Assembly: GCA_964016885.1 (NCBI GenBank)
Contig: CAXHJY010000485.1
Location: forward strand, 1 to 60,014
Direction of reading: 5' to 3'
DNA length: 60,014 nt
From: Eledone cirrhosa
Taxonomy: Eukaryota
The notes below the pieces were generated by a model. The model worked only from the letters and a program-made list of their open reading frames with translations. It was not told where the DNA came from and searched no databases. Of this stretch, positions 1 through 12,130 are shown one piece after another. The position numbers and the translations under genes are program-made. The stretch's first letter is position 1, and every line of letters begins with the position of its first letter.

Positions 1-86
1 AAAAGAGAGAGATGCGGAAAGGAGAAAGGAGGAGGATGATGAGAGATGAGAGAGAGGCGTGAGGGAAACAGAGAGAGAAAGAGAGA

Positions 87-200
<114 letters not shown>

Positions 201-337
201 TGAAGACAAACGACAATGTTGAAATGGCTGGAATTTGTGACTGACATTGTTATAAAACTAACCCCACTATAATGTCTACATTTATACAGAGTGTAGAGAA
301 AAGCCTTGGGTGTTTGAATAAATCCTATTCTACATTA

Positions 338-500
338 TTAACCCCTTTGATACCAAACTGCCGAAAGCTGCCCCCTGGTTCTAGGATACAAAACTGTTTA
401 TTTTAAAGTGTTTATATTTATCTAAAAGTCTTCCTATCATAATTCTATGTAAGAACTTTTGTTAAGTTATGCTCCAAACACAAGCTTAATAATGAAAAGG
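338..500 (+). mobile_element. piggyBac-like non-autonomous DNA element end (dispersed repeat)
   Basis: Starts TTAA-CCCCTTTGATACC; related sequence recurs at ~41713-41810 and ~47215-47370. TTAA-CCC ends are typical of piggyBac. Confidence 0.45.
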
Positions 501-536
501 TTGAGAGAAAGGGAGAGAGTGAATGAAAGAGGTATA

Positions 537-634
537 GATACATACATACATTCATACATACATACATACATACATACATATGTACGTACATACATACATA
601 CATACATACATACATACATACATACATACATACA

Positions 635-664
<30 letters not shown>
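537..664. repeat. (CATA)n microsatellite
   Basis: Tetranucleotide run. Confidence 0.97.
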
Positions 665-665
<1 letters not shown>

Positions 666-1070
666 TGGGGCACTGGGATATGTTAGTAACTGCCTCAATA
701 CAAATCTTGAGAAGCTGGGCTTCACAGAAACAGAAAGAACACAACTAGTTAGGAAATTACAATCGATTAATGGAACAGTAAATATATGTAAAACATTCCA
801 AAAATTCTTCATCTAATAACTGCATATACAGATACAAAGCATATGCACATATGTACAGATACAAATCTTATGCACATGCACACATACAACTAAAAACGTT
901 CACATCTGCATATACAATAACATCCATACCTGCACACACATGCATGCAAGCATGCAGACATATCTACCTAGTTGATGTTGTGTAAATTCCAATGAGAGAG
1001 TCTTGTATCTACATTAGAAACCAGATCTCTCTCTATTGGCAAAAATTCATAAAATTATAAAACCAGAAGA
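662..1070 (+). mobile_element. 3' end of R4/Dong-like non-LTR retrotransposon (RLE C-terminus + 3' UTR) inserted in (CATA)n
   Basis: IGALGYVSNCLNTNLEKLGF...LQSINGTVNICKTF* (stop 814-816) resembles the IGALG...L..LG...LQ...GT..I.K C-terminus of R4-clade ORFs; flanked on both sides by (CATA)n. Confidence 0.65.
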
Positions 1071-1071
1071 A

Positions 1072-1790
1072 CATACATACATACATGGTGGCTGCCAACT
1101 CGTTTTCGAGTACGGCCACTACTTTATATCCATGTAGGAGAACCCCTACCGATGCGCTGAACGAGTGTGACTTTTTAGTCCAGCCAGCGACTTGAAAACT
1201 GGTACAAACACTACACTTGTGACAATTATTGACACATAGTGCTGGGCCCATGGTACCATGTGACGACAAGTGCAGAGAGATCTCCAGATATAAAGCAATG
1301 CCTGTGCCATGAAGCTTTTATACATACATACATACATACATACATGGTGGCTGCCAACTCGTTTTCGAGTACGGCCACTACTTTATATCCATGTAGGAGA
1401 ACCCCTACCGATGCGCTGAACGAGTGTGACTTTTTAGTCCAGCCAGCGACTTGAAAACTGGTACAAACACTACACTTGTGACAATTATTGACACATAGTG
1501 CTGGGCCCATGGTACCATGTGACGACAAGTGCAGAGAGATCTCCAGATATAAAGCAATGCCTGTGCCATGAAGCTTTTATACATACATACATACATACAT
1601 GGTGGCTGCCAACTCGTTTCGAGTACGGCCACTACTTTATATCCGTGTAGGAGAACCCCTACAAAACTCTGGTACAAACACTACACTTGTGACAATTATT
1701 GACACATAGTGCTGGACCCATGGTACCATGTGACGACAAGTGCAGAGAGATCTCCAGATATAAAGCAATACCTGTGCCGTGAAGCTTTTA
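1072..1790. repeat. Tandem triplication of a ~255-259 bp unit separated by (CATA)n runs
   Basis: CATGGTGGCTGCCAACTCG starts at 1084, 1343 and 1598; the third copy lacks ~45 bp present in copies 1-2. Confidence 0.93.
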
Positions 1791-1960
1791 TAGTGAGCAA
1801 AGTCACTGCACAAAGCCAGTCCCACTCTCTTAACCAAGATTATATTTACCAAAAAGTAGAACAAGTCAACATCATTGGATACCATCAGGGTTGCAGGTGT
1901 TATATCAGAGTTTTCCTTCTCCTAGAATTCTGCTTTGACAAAGGCTAAGGGGTCATCTCT

Positions 1961-2049
1961 CATACATACATACATACATACATACATACATACATACATA
2001 CATACATACATACATACATACATACATACATACATACATACATACATAC
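1961..2049. repeat. (CATA)n microsatellite
   Basis: Tetranucleotide run. Confidence 0.97.
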
Positions 2050-2084
2050 GTATGTATGCCCAGTTTTTTTTTTCTCATGTACAT

Positions 2085-2950
2085 TGACATTATACAATTA
2101 CTTGAGTATGCTTGCTTCATTTCTCTCCAGCCTTCACATATCATCTGCATTCACTGCCCATGTCTCACTGACGTGTAACATTCCATTTTACATGCAGACA
2201 TTATACAATCTGTCCTTTTGCTAAGAGAGAGAATTCCTTCAATAACAGCAGATGTAATAATTCCCTGAACATTTTCCACACTGGCTATTATGCTTTCAGA
2301 ACACCCACTTCCACTGTTAATTGGGTTACCTAAGTAACAGAAGCTATCAACTACTTCTACAAAGCCTTCCTTGGTTTGGAAAACTATTCTTGTTCATCTA
2401 CCACAGCCAAAATATATTTCTTCTGTTAGCCGACCAGTAATCCCACAATACCTTTTGATCACCCATAGATTACACTGGGTACACCATGTGGAGTTTTTCC
2501 TGACTCCTTTGCGTATCAAGCACAGCCATTTCCCTGATGGGAGCAGAGTCATATTGTCTTTCTTACTTACCAACACTTTAGTCTTCACTAAATTTACTTT
2601 GAAGCCTTTCATTATTTAGGTTTAGTTTCCACATCTGAAATTTCTTCTTTAAATCAGCCAGATTCAGCTATAAATTATAGGACACTAACATATAGGAGTT
2701 ACTATGGAGAGCCAGTCTTAAACTCCTCTGTAATGGTCTCAACAACTATAATGAACTAGAGTGAGCTGAGAACTGAACCCTGATGGATACCAATCTCTAT
2801 ACCTAATTCTTCACTAAACTCATTCTCCAATCCGAATTTATTGAAATCATGGGTTTCACTACCCTCACAAGCAAGTCATCTATTCATAGTTTCATAGTCT
2901 TCTCACAATTACCAGATTACAGTGTGGTATTCTGCCAATGGCCTTCTATA
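2085..2950 (-). pseudogene. Degenerate RTE LINE RT fragment
   Basis: KGFKVNLVKTKVLVS...PSGKWLCLIRKGVRKNSTWCTQCNLWVIKRY aligns by eye with the RT/PHD region of the ORF at 30943-33441; many stops. Confidence 0.85.
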
Positions 2951-2984
2951 GATCTGCAGCAGTACAGTCAATACTAGATGGTCA

Positions 2985-3085
2985 ATACCAGATTTGTCAA
3001 TACTATATGGTCAATACTATATGGTCAATACTATAGGGACAATACTATATGGTCAATACTATAGGACAATACTATACGGTCAACA
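2985..3085. repeat. ~14-bp minisatellite (GGTCAATACTATAT)
   Basis: Several imperfect tandem copies. Confidence 0.85.
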
Positions 3086-3390
3086 GTTAACTCCTATTGC
3101 CATGATGTCCAAATTATGTTGAACAAATGAGTCATTGACAAACAAGTGAAGTAACAACCACAGGAAAAGATGAGATGAACTCTAGTAAATTTGTGTGTAT
3201 ATATATATTTATTAAATTAAGAGTAGTTAAGATGGAGTTACTTCACCATAATTGCTTTATTACATGATATATATTTCTGTTACATGTGACTTCATCAGAT
3301 ACTCATAAAATCATAGGTGCAGTTATGCAATCATGGGGATATGTCGCTGGTGTATATTACCATATGATATATTTATATATACACACACAT

Positions 3391-3676
3391 TCCGACTTCC
3401 CACGGGAACAAGCCGAAGCTGAAGCATATAGACAATATGCCCCCACCAAAGTGGTCATGTAGGCACCATGGAAAAAAAGCACCCAGCATTCAATGTAAAT
3501 GAGGTTGGTTTTAGGAAGGGCATCCAACTGTAGAAATCAAGCCAAAATCAGTTCCCCTATGAGCAAGACAAGGTCACCCGACCTGACACTACCTACAACA
3601 GGACAACCCGTCTAACCCATGCTAGCGTGGAAGAACAGACGTAAAATGGTGATGATGATGATGATGATGATGATGA
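3391..3676 (+). mobile_element. RTE LINE 3' UTR fragment with (GAT)n tail
   Basis: Matches the 3' end at 33415-33693 (...CCCATGCTAGCGTGGAAGAAC-GACGTAAAA-(GAT)n). Confidence 0.85.
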
Positions 3677-4224
3677 TATATACACTGGAGGAGAAACAAG
3701 ACATAAGGCGCACAAATGAATATATGCACAAATGAAATACAGAAGCTTGTGAAAATAGCAGTACACAAAGACACACACACACATTCTGACACACACACAC
3801 GTTCTGACACAAACATACATGCAGTTACAAACACACAGACGTTCTGAAACAAACACACACATACAGTCACAAACACACACATGCAGTCACAAACACACAC
3901 ACATGTAGACACAAACACACACATTCTGACACAAACACACATGTAGACACAAACTCACATATGCTGACACAAACACACACATGTAGACACACACACATGC
4001 AGACACAAACACAAACAGACCATATACACAGCCCAGAAAGACAAGATGGACTAAATAGAACAAAATTAAAACAAAGAGAAGACAAAGAGGATCAAATACA
4101 GTCATTGAAAAGGTCACAGGATGTGTGATGAAAGACCTTTGATAATTAAATATGACAATTAAATAACCATCCAGTTACAAAAACTAACTGAGAAATAGAT
4201 TAGTTACCCCACTAACAATGATTT

Positions 4225-4870
4225 CTACTATAGGCACTAGGCCAGCAATTTGGGGAGAGGGGAAAGTTGATTAAATCGAACTCAGTACATTACTGGTACT
4301 TTATTTTATTGACCCCATAATGATGAAAGGCAAAACTAACCTTGGCAGGATTTGAATTCAAAATGTAACGGGCCATAACTCTATGCCGCAAAGCATAGTG
4401 TCCAACTCTCTACCAATAGTGCCAATCCAACGCTCAAGTTACCCAAATAATAATAATTTTGAATTTAGACACAAGACCAACAATTTGCAGGAAGAGGGCA
4501 GTCGATTACATTGACCCCAGTACATGACTAGTACTTTATTCTATTGACCCTAGAGAGATAAAGGTAAATTTGCCTGAGGAAGGATTTGAATTCAGAATGT
4601 AAAGGGTCAATACAAATATTGCTAAACATTTGTCCAACACTCAAATAACTCAGCCAAGTAATTAATAATTGTTTCTTCTTTTGGCACAAGGCCAGCAATT
4701 ACTCCGGTGTGTTACTGGTACTTTTATTTTATCAACCCCGCATGAGGATGAGGTAAGGATGAAAGGCAAAGTTAACCTCAGTGGGATTTGAACTCAGACT
4801 GCAAAGGGCTATAACTCTATGCAGCAAAACATGGTGTCCGACCCTCTACCAATTACTGGCAATCCACCAC
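4225..4870 (-). mobile_element. Three tandem copies of a tRNA-derived SINE (Meta-domain-like); further copies at ~20555, 22800-22978, 25100-25240, 56460-56645
   Basis: Repeated GGCACAAGGCCAGCAATT...ACTGGTACTTTATTTTATCGACCCC...GGATGAAAGGCAAAGT...GGATTTGAACTC; the last motif is a reverse-complement B box. Confidence 0.75.
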
Positions 4871-5077
4871 CCTAGTTAAGTAATTAATAATAAAACTGAA
4901 TTGAAACTCAACTGGTGCATGTGTTTTTATTGGCAACATGACCTTACCAAAGTACAACAATATATGTGTGTGTGTGTGAGGTTATGTATGTGTAGCCTCC
5001 TCATTATCATTTAATGTCTGCTTTCCCTGCTAGGAAAGCTGCAACCTTTTCTAGTTAGACATATATGTATATATATA

Positions 5078-5144
<67 letters not shown>

Positions 5145-5613
5145 TATAAAGTATGTCTATAGAATCATTTGATAATATATACACACCATTTCAACTCCCA
5201 ATCAGCATAATCAACCACACAAAAAAACAATTAAACCAGGCTATAAGATTAAAAGACGCCTATGAAGAAATAGTAGATAAATAAACGACAGCCATCTGTT
5301 CGCGATCAACCGCTATAGAATATTTACCCAACAGTTCAATAGCACGTGGAAATCGATTAAATATACCGTCAACCATACACAATTAGGTATAAAATTAAAG
5401 TTAGAAGAAAAAATGCATATACACATACCAGGATTACGTTTCTACCCTTTAGGGTTTCGTTCGCTTTCGGAAATATCCTATCAAGGATAAATTCTCGAGC
5501 TTATAAACGTTTGGAGTTGGAAGGTCAAGACAATGCAGGTATGGATATAGAATATAAATACAAATGCAAAAGATATTGTTGACAATTAGTCTTTTACCTT
5601 AAATTTATTTGAA

Positions 5614-6130
5614 TATCCTTAATTTTCAAGATAATATCTCTTCTTCGGGGGGAATGATGTTTTGCATTCTTGCAATAATATACACAACTGAATTCATTCG
5701 CCTAAAATAAGGGTTGCCTCCCTTGCCGAACTCCATGTGGGGTCAGTAACAGTCATTCCTTAAATTAGCATTCAAACTAAAACCTGTTGATAAAGTGGCT
5801 TCCTTGTTCAATCATCTTACCAGAAGCCTAACATTATCTATGTAAGCGGACAGTACTTGATTTAGGAGTCGCAGAAACCCAAATGCTGGATTTTACCAAC
5901 CATCCAGGGGTCCGGGTAAATTTTCAATCACATATATTTTTATTTGTTTGACCTTAATTACTTGGTCATTTCTTTGGTTGTGCAGATGATTGTTTAACCA
6001 TCGTCTCAGTGTGTTTGGCCTTTAACGTATGTTGTAGCTCTGGTTCATCTGAATCATTGAGCGCTTGCCACACATCTCGGAAGTTGTTTTTCGTTAATTC
6101 CTAAGCCGAAATACGATTCTCGCTAATTGA
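5614..6130 (-). mobile_element. Decayed Penelope-like element fragment ending in a degenerate hammerhead
   Basis: Homologous (inverted) to 7920-8330; remnants MVKQSSAQPK and LNKEA../FINRF recall the PLE linker and GIY-YIG end; minus-strand CCGAAGA-AGAGAT-ATT-ATCTT-GAAAATTA at ~5614-5650. Confidence 0.5.
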
Positions 6131-6249
<119 letters not shown>

Positions 6250-6287
6250 CAAAGTAGTTTCAGATGTTAAAGTCCTTTATTGTTAAG

Positions 6288-6362
6288 GCTGTGATACATA
6301 TTTCGATTACGACGGCGGCCACGTGATTCCGCATACCCAGTGCCATGCTCTCATCAGACAGC
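6288..6362 (-). ncRNA. Type I hammerhead ribozyme motif
   Basis: Minus strand: GCTGT-CTGATGA-[stem II GAGCATGGC...GTCGTAATC]-GAAA-TATGT-ATC|ACAGC; stem I GCTGT/ACAGC; predicted AUC cleavage. Confidence 0.75.
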
Positions 6363-6740
6363 TTCTTACATAATGTTACATTCCCGAGGCAATTTAAATT
6401 GAAACAACAAGGGAACGGACAAAGGTGATGTTCTTGAAACCTTCTTTCATTCAATATATATCATCATCATCACCGTTTTACGTCCATTCTTCCACACTAA
6501 CATGGATGCCCTTCCTAAATACCAACCTCATTTACAGTGAGTGCTGGGTGCTTTTTTACCGTGGCACTTGCACAACTACTTTACAGTGTGGACTGGGTAC
6601 TTTTTGTCGTGACACCTGCACAACCACTTTACACTGGGAGGGGTAGGGGCATACTATCTATATGCTTCAACTTTGGCTTGTACCCGTGGGAAGTTGGGTC
6701 TTCTGTATAACTGCTTAACGCCAGTGTCATCACCTTTGAG

Positions 6741-6859
<119 letters not shown>

Positions 6860-7445
6860 CTTTAAAAAAGGACACATCAGATAATGAAGTCCTAAATCCA
6901 CTACATTAAACAAAAAGACTGGGTGGTCACAACTGGAATGCCTTTAATCTGAAGGCTGCTGTCCCAAATCTAAACAACAACAACATAACAACAACCAATA
7001 AAGAAATTAATATTAGAAACATCAATTGGTAACTTTCTTCTATAGGGACCTTAATCTTATAATGTACTGGGTAGAGGAATAACCTTGGTGGTAATTATGA
7101 AGAGGGTCATAGGCTTTTTATATGTAGTTTTAATGATGGCTTCTTAATTAATTAATACAGAATTGACAGTAAATGACAGAATATCTGGGTTAGTTTCAAG
7201 TACTTCACTAAAATGTTAACAAACAAACTTACAAGTAGAACCATGTTTTTAGATGTATTTCTTTGTTGATTTCCTGTTATTCAATACAGGATGTCTGAGA
7301 GGGCTTACATGGGTTTCTGTAGAAACTAATTATTATTTAGACATTACTAGGTTTGTGGTTATCTCACAACACACTGACCTCAAATTATCAGGTATAGTAA
7401 CTAGATACCGTAGTGTAGTGTGTGTATGTATATATACATATATAT

Positions 7446-7866
<421 letters not shown>

Positions 7867-7919
7867 CACACACACACACACATATATACATATATAAATT
7901 TTTATATATAAACATAAAT

Positions 7920-8330
7920 TATCGAGATTCGCATTCCACGAAATAATGAAAAACAACCTCCGAGATGTGTGGCAAGTGCTCAATGATTCAGATGAACCAG
8001 AGCTATAACAAACGTTAAAGGCGAAACACACTGAGACGATGGTTAAACAATCATTCGGGTATTGAAAATTTACCCGGACCCCTGGAAGGTTGGTAAAATC
8101 CAGTATATGGGTTTCTGCGGCTCCTAAATCAAGTACCGTCCGCTTACATAATGTCAGGCTTCTGGTAAGATGATTGAACAAGGAAGCCACTTTCTCAACA
8201 GGTTTTAGTTCAATGTTAATACAAGGACTGACTATTGCTGACCCCACGTGGGGATCGGCAAGGGAGGCAACCCCTATATTAGGCGAATGAATTCAGTTGT
8301 GTATATTTTTGCAAGAATGCAAAAACATCA
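7920..8330 (+). mobile_element. Decayed Penelope-like fragment, inverted paralog of ~5660-6130
   Basis: Shares CCGAGATGTGTGGCAAG...ACACACTGAGACGATGGTTAAACAATCAT and GGCTTCTGGTAAGATGATTGAACAAGGAAGCCACTTT with the reverse complement of 5660-6130. Confidence 0.55.
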
Positions 8331-8559
8331 CAAATCGAATAGAGTTCTCAACAGAAGGGTTAAAATTAACATAAGCTATTCATCAGTCAATAGAATTATA
8401 TATATATATACACACACACACACACAGTGAATTTCTAAAGTTTCCATCCACCCAACTCCACTAACAAGGTCAATTTGTGGCTATAGCAGCAGTCATATGG
8501 CCAAGATACCATAGAAAGGGGGTGAACCTGCAATCATATGATTGCAAAGCAGACTCTTT

Positions 8560-8790
8560 CACTACACAGCCATGCCTGCACCTGTACACATGGTTTCAAA
8601 GCACACTCCTTAACCACACAGCCATGCCCCACACCTATACACACGACTGTGAAGTGAACTCTTCAATCAAACAGCCATGCCTACATCTATACACACGATT
8701 GTAAAGCACAATCCTGAACCACATAGCCATGCCTACACCTATACACACAGCTGCAAAGCGAACTCTTTAACCATGCAGCTATGCCATGCC
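8560..8790 (-). repeat. ~52-bp tandem repeat made of SINE-head-like units
   Basis: Recurring ACAGCCATGCCT(G/A)CACCTATACAC; reverse complement GCAGGCATGGCTGTG matches the SINE head at ~55460. Confidence 0.7.
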
Positions 8791-9068
8791 TTTATATGAT
8801 CTGAGGTTAATATTGAACTCATTGTATATTTGATATCCTAAACGGACGGTATTCCGTTTAGTAATATTGTTGTGGTCGTGTTTTCGTTGGCAATCGTCTG
8901 TTTACGACAGTACAGCGCGGCTCTACTTTATTTAACTGAGATAAAACTTATATGAGCATGAACAGTAGATCATTACGCATCTTTTGGCTTAAAAATCTAG
9001 AAATTTGGTCCAGCGGAAAAAAGTTTATAATCAAAGTTTGCTGATAAATCTTGTGTTCAAGTGAGTGA

Positions 9069-9293
9069 GTAGTAAGCGTGCCGCTAGGGGAGGTAATCCA
9101 GAAATGATGACGTTTGGAAAAGTTTAATTACTGCATGAAAGAAATGATTCAAAAATTGAACTTGCCCAATCTTCACAACATTGAAAATTGGTCAAAATTT
9201 GACAAATCTGACTTCAAACCAGATATGATTCATTTGAACAATGTTGGAAATCTTAAATTGACACAAATTTTTGCGAATGTTTTTGCCACCTGA
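9069..9293 (+). pseudogene. SGNH/GDSL hydrolase C-terminal remnant
   Basis: Own translation VVSVPLGEVIQK**RLEKFNYCMKEMIQKLNLPNLHNIENWSKFDKSDFKPDMIHLNNVGNLKLTQIFANVFAT*; DxxHLNxxG is the SGNH block V motif; two in-frame stops at 9105-9110. Confidence 0.6.
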
Positions 9294-9473
9294 TCCTTGT
9301 TCTATGACTGACTGACTAATTTTGTGACTTAATAAAATGTCATCATACTAGTAATGCACAATGGTCATTTTTAAATTTAAATTTTATTAAATAGTTGTTG
9401 CTTGTATTGCCTTAAAATAGTAACAAGAATGTACACATACTTTTTAAAAATACATCATTATCAGTCAAATCAG

Positions 9474-9833
9474 TCAAATGTCACTAAAAGCCAGGTGGTC
9501 GATAACAACTTCTATAAGATTAGTTACATGCTCACACATTGGATCACCTCTCATCAATGGCATTGGGTGTCTGAGATAATCGTGGAGATAACTGATGAAG
9601 TCACAAATGAAGTGATGGTCTTCCAGTGTGAACAACTCCCTATATCCATTGATATATGTGATGGCTTCCGATTCATAGGTGCATTTTATGAGGAATTCCA
9701 TGCATCCGATTTTCAGTGATTCAATGGGCATTTTATCAGAGATGATAAGGTATTTGACCACGTTTTGCTTTGTAAGTAAATTGGAGAGAATCACTGCAGT
9801 CAAAGTCATTTCTTTGCATGGGTTTTTGTCCAT
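9474..9833 (-). CDS. ORF/exon encoding a SPOP-like BACK domain (119 aa)
   Basis: LSNLLTKQNVVKYLIISDKMPIESLKIGCMEFL...INGYRELF resembles by eye the SPOP-type BACK pattern L.VEN...ILILAD....QLK..AVDFI...SGWK; preceded by a pyrimidine-rich TTTTTAG acceptor (AG at 9836-9835); non-repetitive composition. Confidence 0.5.
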   Translation of the reverse strand: MDKNPCKEMTLTAVILSNLLTKQNVVKYLIISDKMPIESLKIGCMEFLIKCTYESEAITYINGYRELFTLEDHHFICDFISYLHDYLRHPMPLMRGDPMCEHVTNLIEVVIDHLAFSDI

Positions 9834-10106
9834 TCTAAAAAGTTAAAATGATAAAGTATTACTACTATATAACTTACATCTATTGTTGTAACACCATTGA
9901 AATGCACAAGTTTCACCAATTCACTATTATGCACTAATCATCTCAAATGCATTCATGATTTACTAGCTTTGTCATTAAGCCAGTTGCCTCAACTAGATTG
10001 CAATTATACTCAAAAGAACTTTAAAATGTCAATCACTTGTCAGTAATTCACTATGATCATTTAATTATTAGATAGTTGTTGCTTGCATTGCCTTAAAAAA
10101 TAGTAG

Positions 10107-11146
10107 ACCAGATAGAAAAATGCGTACAGCAAAAAAAAGTAATATTGTTGGAATATAAACCTTTAAAAATACAGGACAAGAAACTAAAATAAAACTTTAA
10201 AAGAATAGGACAAGAAACTAAGATAAAACTTTAAAGAATTGGACAAGAAATAAAAAATTTTACAATAATATTAGTGGCAAAATTTTTTTATTCGTTTCCT
10301 GTGCTATGCCCCAGTATCTTCTTGATTAGTGCATAATAATTGTCATGCTCTCATTGTGCGTTGCCCCTGAGCGGTTGGTTCTGGTTGGGGTTGGTTGGCT
10401 GAGCAGTTCTGCTCCGTCAGAATGACCATTGCAAGAAGAATTGGCCGATGCAGGTGCAGGTCTCCTCCAAGAATGCACTTCTGGTCCCGCAACACCAGAC
10501 GAAGATGGAGAAGACGACCTGGACGAGATGTCGACTCTGACCACCGACTACGGCACCTCCCTCAACCACCGGTCCTCCCTCCCTCTGTCCCGTCATCCCT
10601 CCTGTACCAGAAAGCTGTGGCACGCATTCATCTGGACTGCCGGACTTGAACTCAAGGACAAGATGCAAGGAGAAGATGGACGGGTTGGTCAAGATCAACG
10701 ATGAGCGGGACGACAAGACCGTCCGCTGCTGCTCAAGATCTGTGCTCATGGGCCCATGGGTCCATTCACATTATGCATGACATATGAGGTGTGTCGCCGA
10801 ATGATGAAATAGGGGTATGGTTATGGCCCAATTGGTGTTCAAACCAGGATCAAATGATCCCCCCGGTCTGACGACGACCTCTGAATATGGAACCCAGAGC
10901 CGATGAATGTGGAACTCGATTTTTTACCAATAAAAATTTTGCCACTAATATTATTGTAAAATTTTTTATTTCTTGTCCAGTTCTTTAAAGTTTTATCTTA
11001 GTTTCTTGTCCTATTCTTTTAAAGTTTTATCTTAGTTTCTTGTCCTATTCTTTTAAAGTTTTATTTTAGTTTCTTGTCCTGTATTTTTAAAGGTTTATAT
11101 TCCAACAATATTACTTTTTTTTGCTGTACGCATTTTTCTATCTGGT
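10107..11146. mobile_element. Foldback/MITE-like structure: ~180-215 bp inverted repeats with internal ~31-bp subrepeats around a GC-rich core
   Basis: 10107-10288 (ACCAGATAGAAAAATGCGTACAGC...) is the reverse complement of 10932-11146 apart from one extra GGACAAGAAACTAAGATAAAACTTTAAAAGA-type subrepeat. Confidence 0.75.
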
Positions 11147-11251
11147 ATAGTCATGATTAATGTTGGGTTTATTGGCTCTTACCACAGCCTCCACCAATAC
11201 CACCACCACAATCTATCATGATTAGCAATGAGATGGCTTGAAAATTAGCTT

Positions 11252-11313
<62 letters not shown>

Positions 11314-11668
11314 ACCTCCCTGCTCTCTCTTGCTCTCCTTTATTTATTCTCAGTCAACTATTGTATCAACCTTTTTGACATGTTGAGCTTGCCAGTTACA
11401 TAAGTTTGATATTTGATTTCAGATTCATAGAAACACTTTAAACGTATAACGTTTGATTTATCCAGGTGTATTTATTCAACCTGTTAGTTCTTTCGTTACT
11501 TTGGTATTGTGTGTTAGATTTTGCCTACCACAATGTTCAATTTGTCAGGCTATTTAAACGTATGTTATTACTCTAAGGACCTACCTTGTCGAGTGCTTTG
11601 CTAACTCATTCATATCGTAGGTCGAATTTGCTTGCACACCACCAGAGATTCGATTTTACTAAGCCTCC

Positions 11669-11755
<87 letters not shown>

Positions 11756-11940
11756 GTGGGAGGTGAGTTTAATTGTAGAACAATAAAACTATGTATATAT
11801 CAGATAAGTAGCACAGTTGATAGAACTGGAGTATATATAGAAAAAATTAAAAGATGGTTAAAAAAGGTTACATATATTTTATTATGCACATTTCAAAAAC
11901 AAATATCAAAAATGTTTTTAGGCATCATATCATGTTACCT

Positions 11941-12000
11941 TATTTTATCTGACGAGAACGCAATTATCGTCCCAGTTTTTGAAATGCGCATAATAAAATA
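11941..12000 (+). ncRNA. Type I hammerhead ribozyme motif with palindromic stem III
   Basis: TATTTTAT-CTGACGA-GAAC...GTTTTT-GAA-ATGCGCAT-A|ATAAAATA; perfect 8-bp stem I; ATGCGCAT is self-complementary. Confidence 0.82.
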
Positions 12001-12130
12001 TATGGAACTTTTTTTTAACCATCTTTTAATTTCTTCTAATATATATATATATATATATGATATACATACATGTATACACATATATATATATATACTTGTA
12101 CATATATATAAATATATGTATATATATATA

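Noticed and set aside
1086-1125. HDV-like ribozyme at the start of the 257-bp unit (G-U-closed 7-bp helix)
   Set aside because: No P1.1 GG, no L3 consensus and no identifiable P2/J4-2; only a simple hairpin is supported.
9068-9866. Polinton-type AGTAGT...ACTACT termini around the SGNH/BACK pair
   Set aside because: Only 8 bp of inverted match, no 6-bp TSD and no Polinton core genes in the window.
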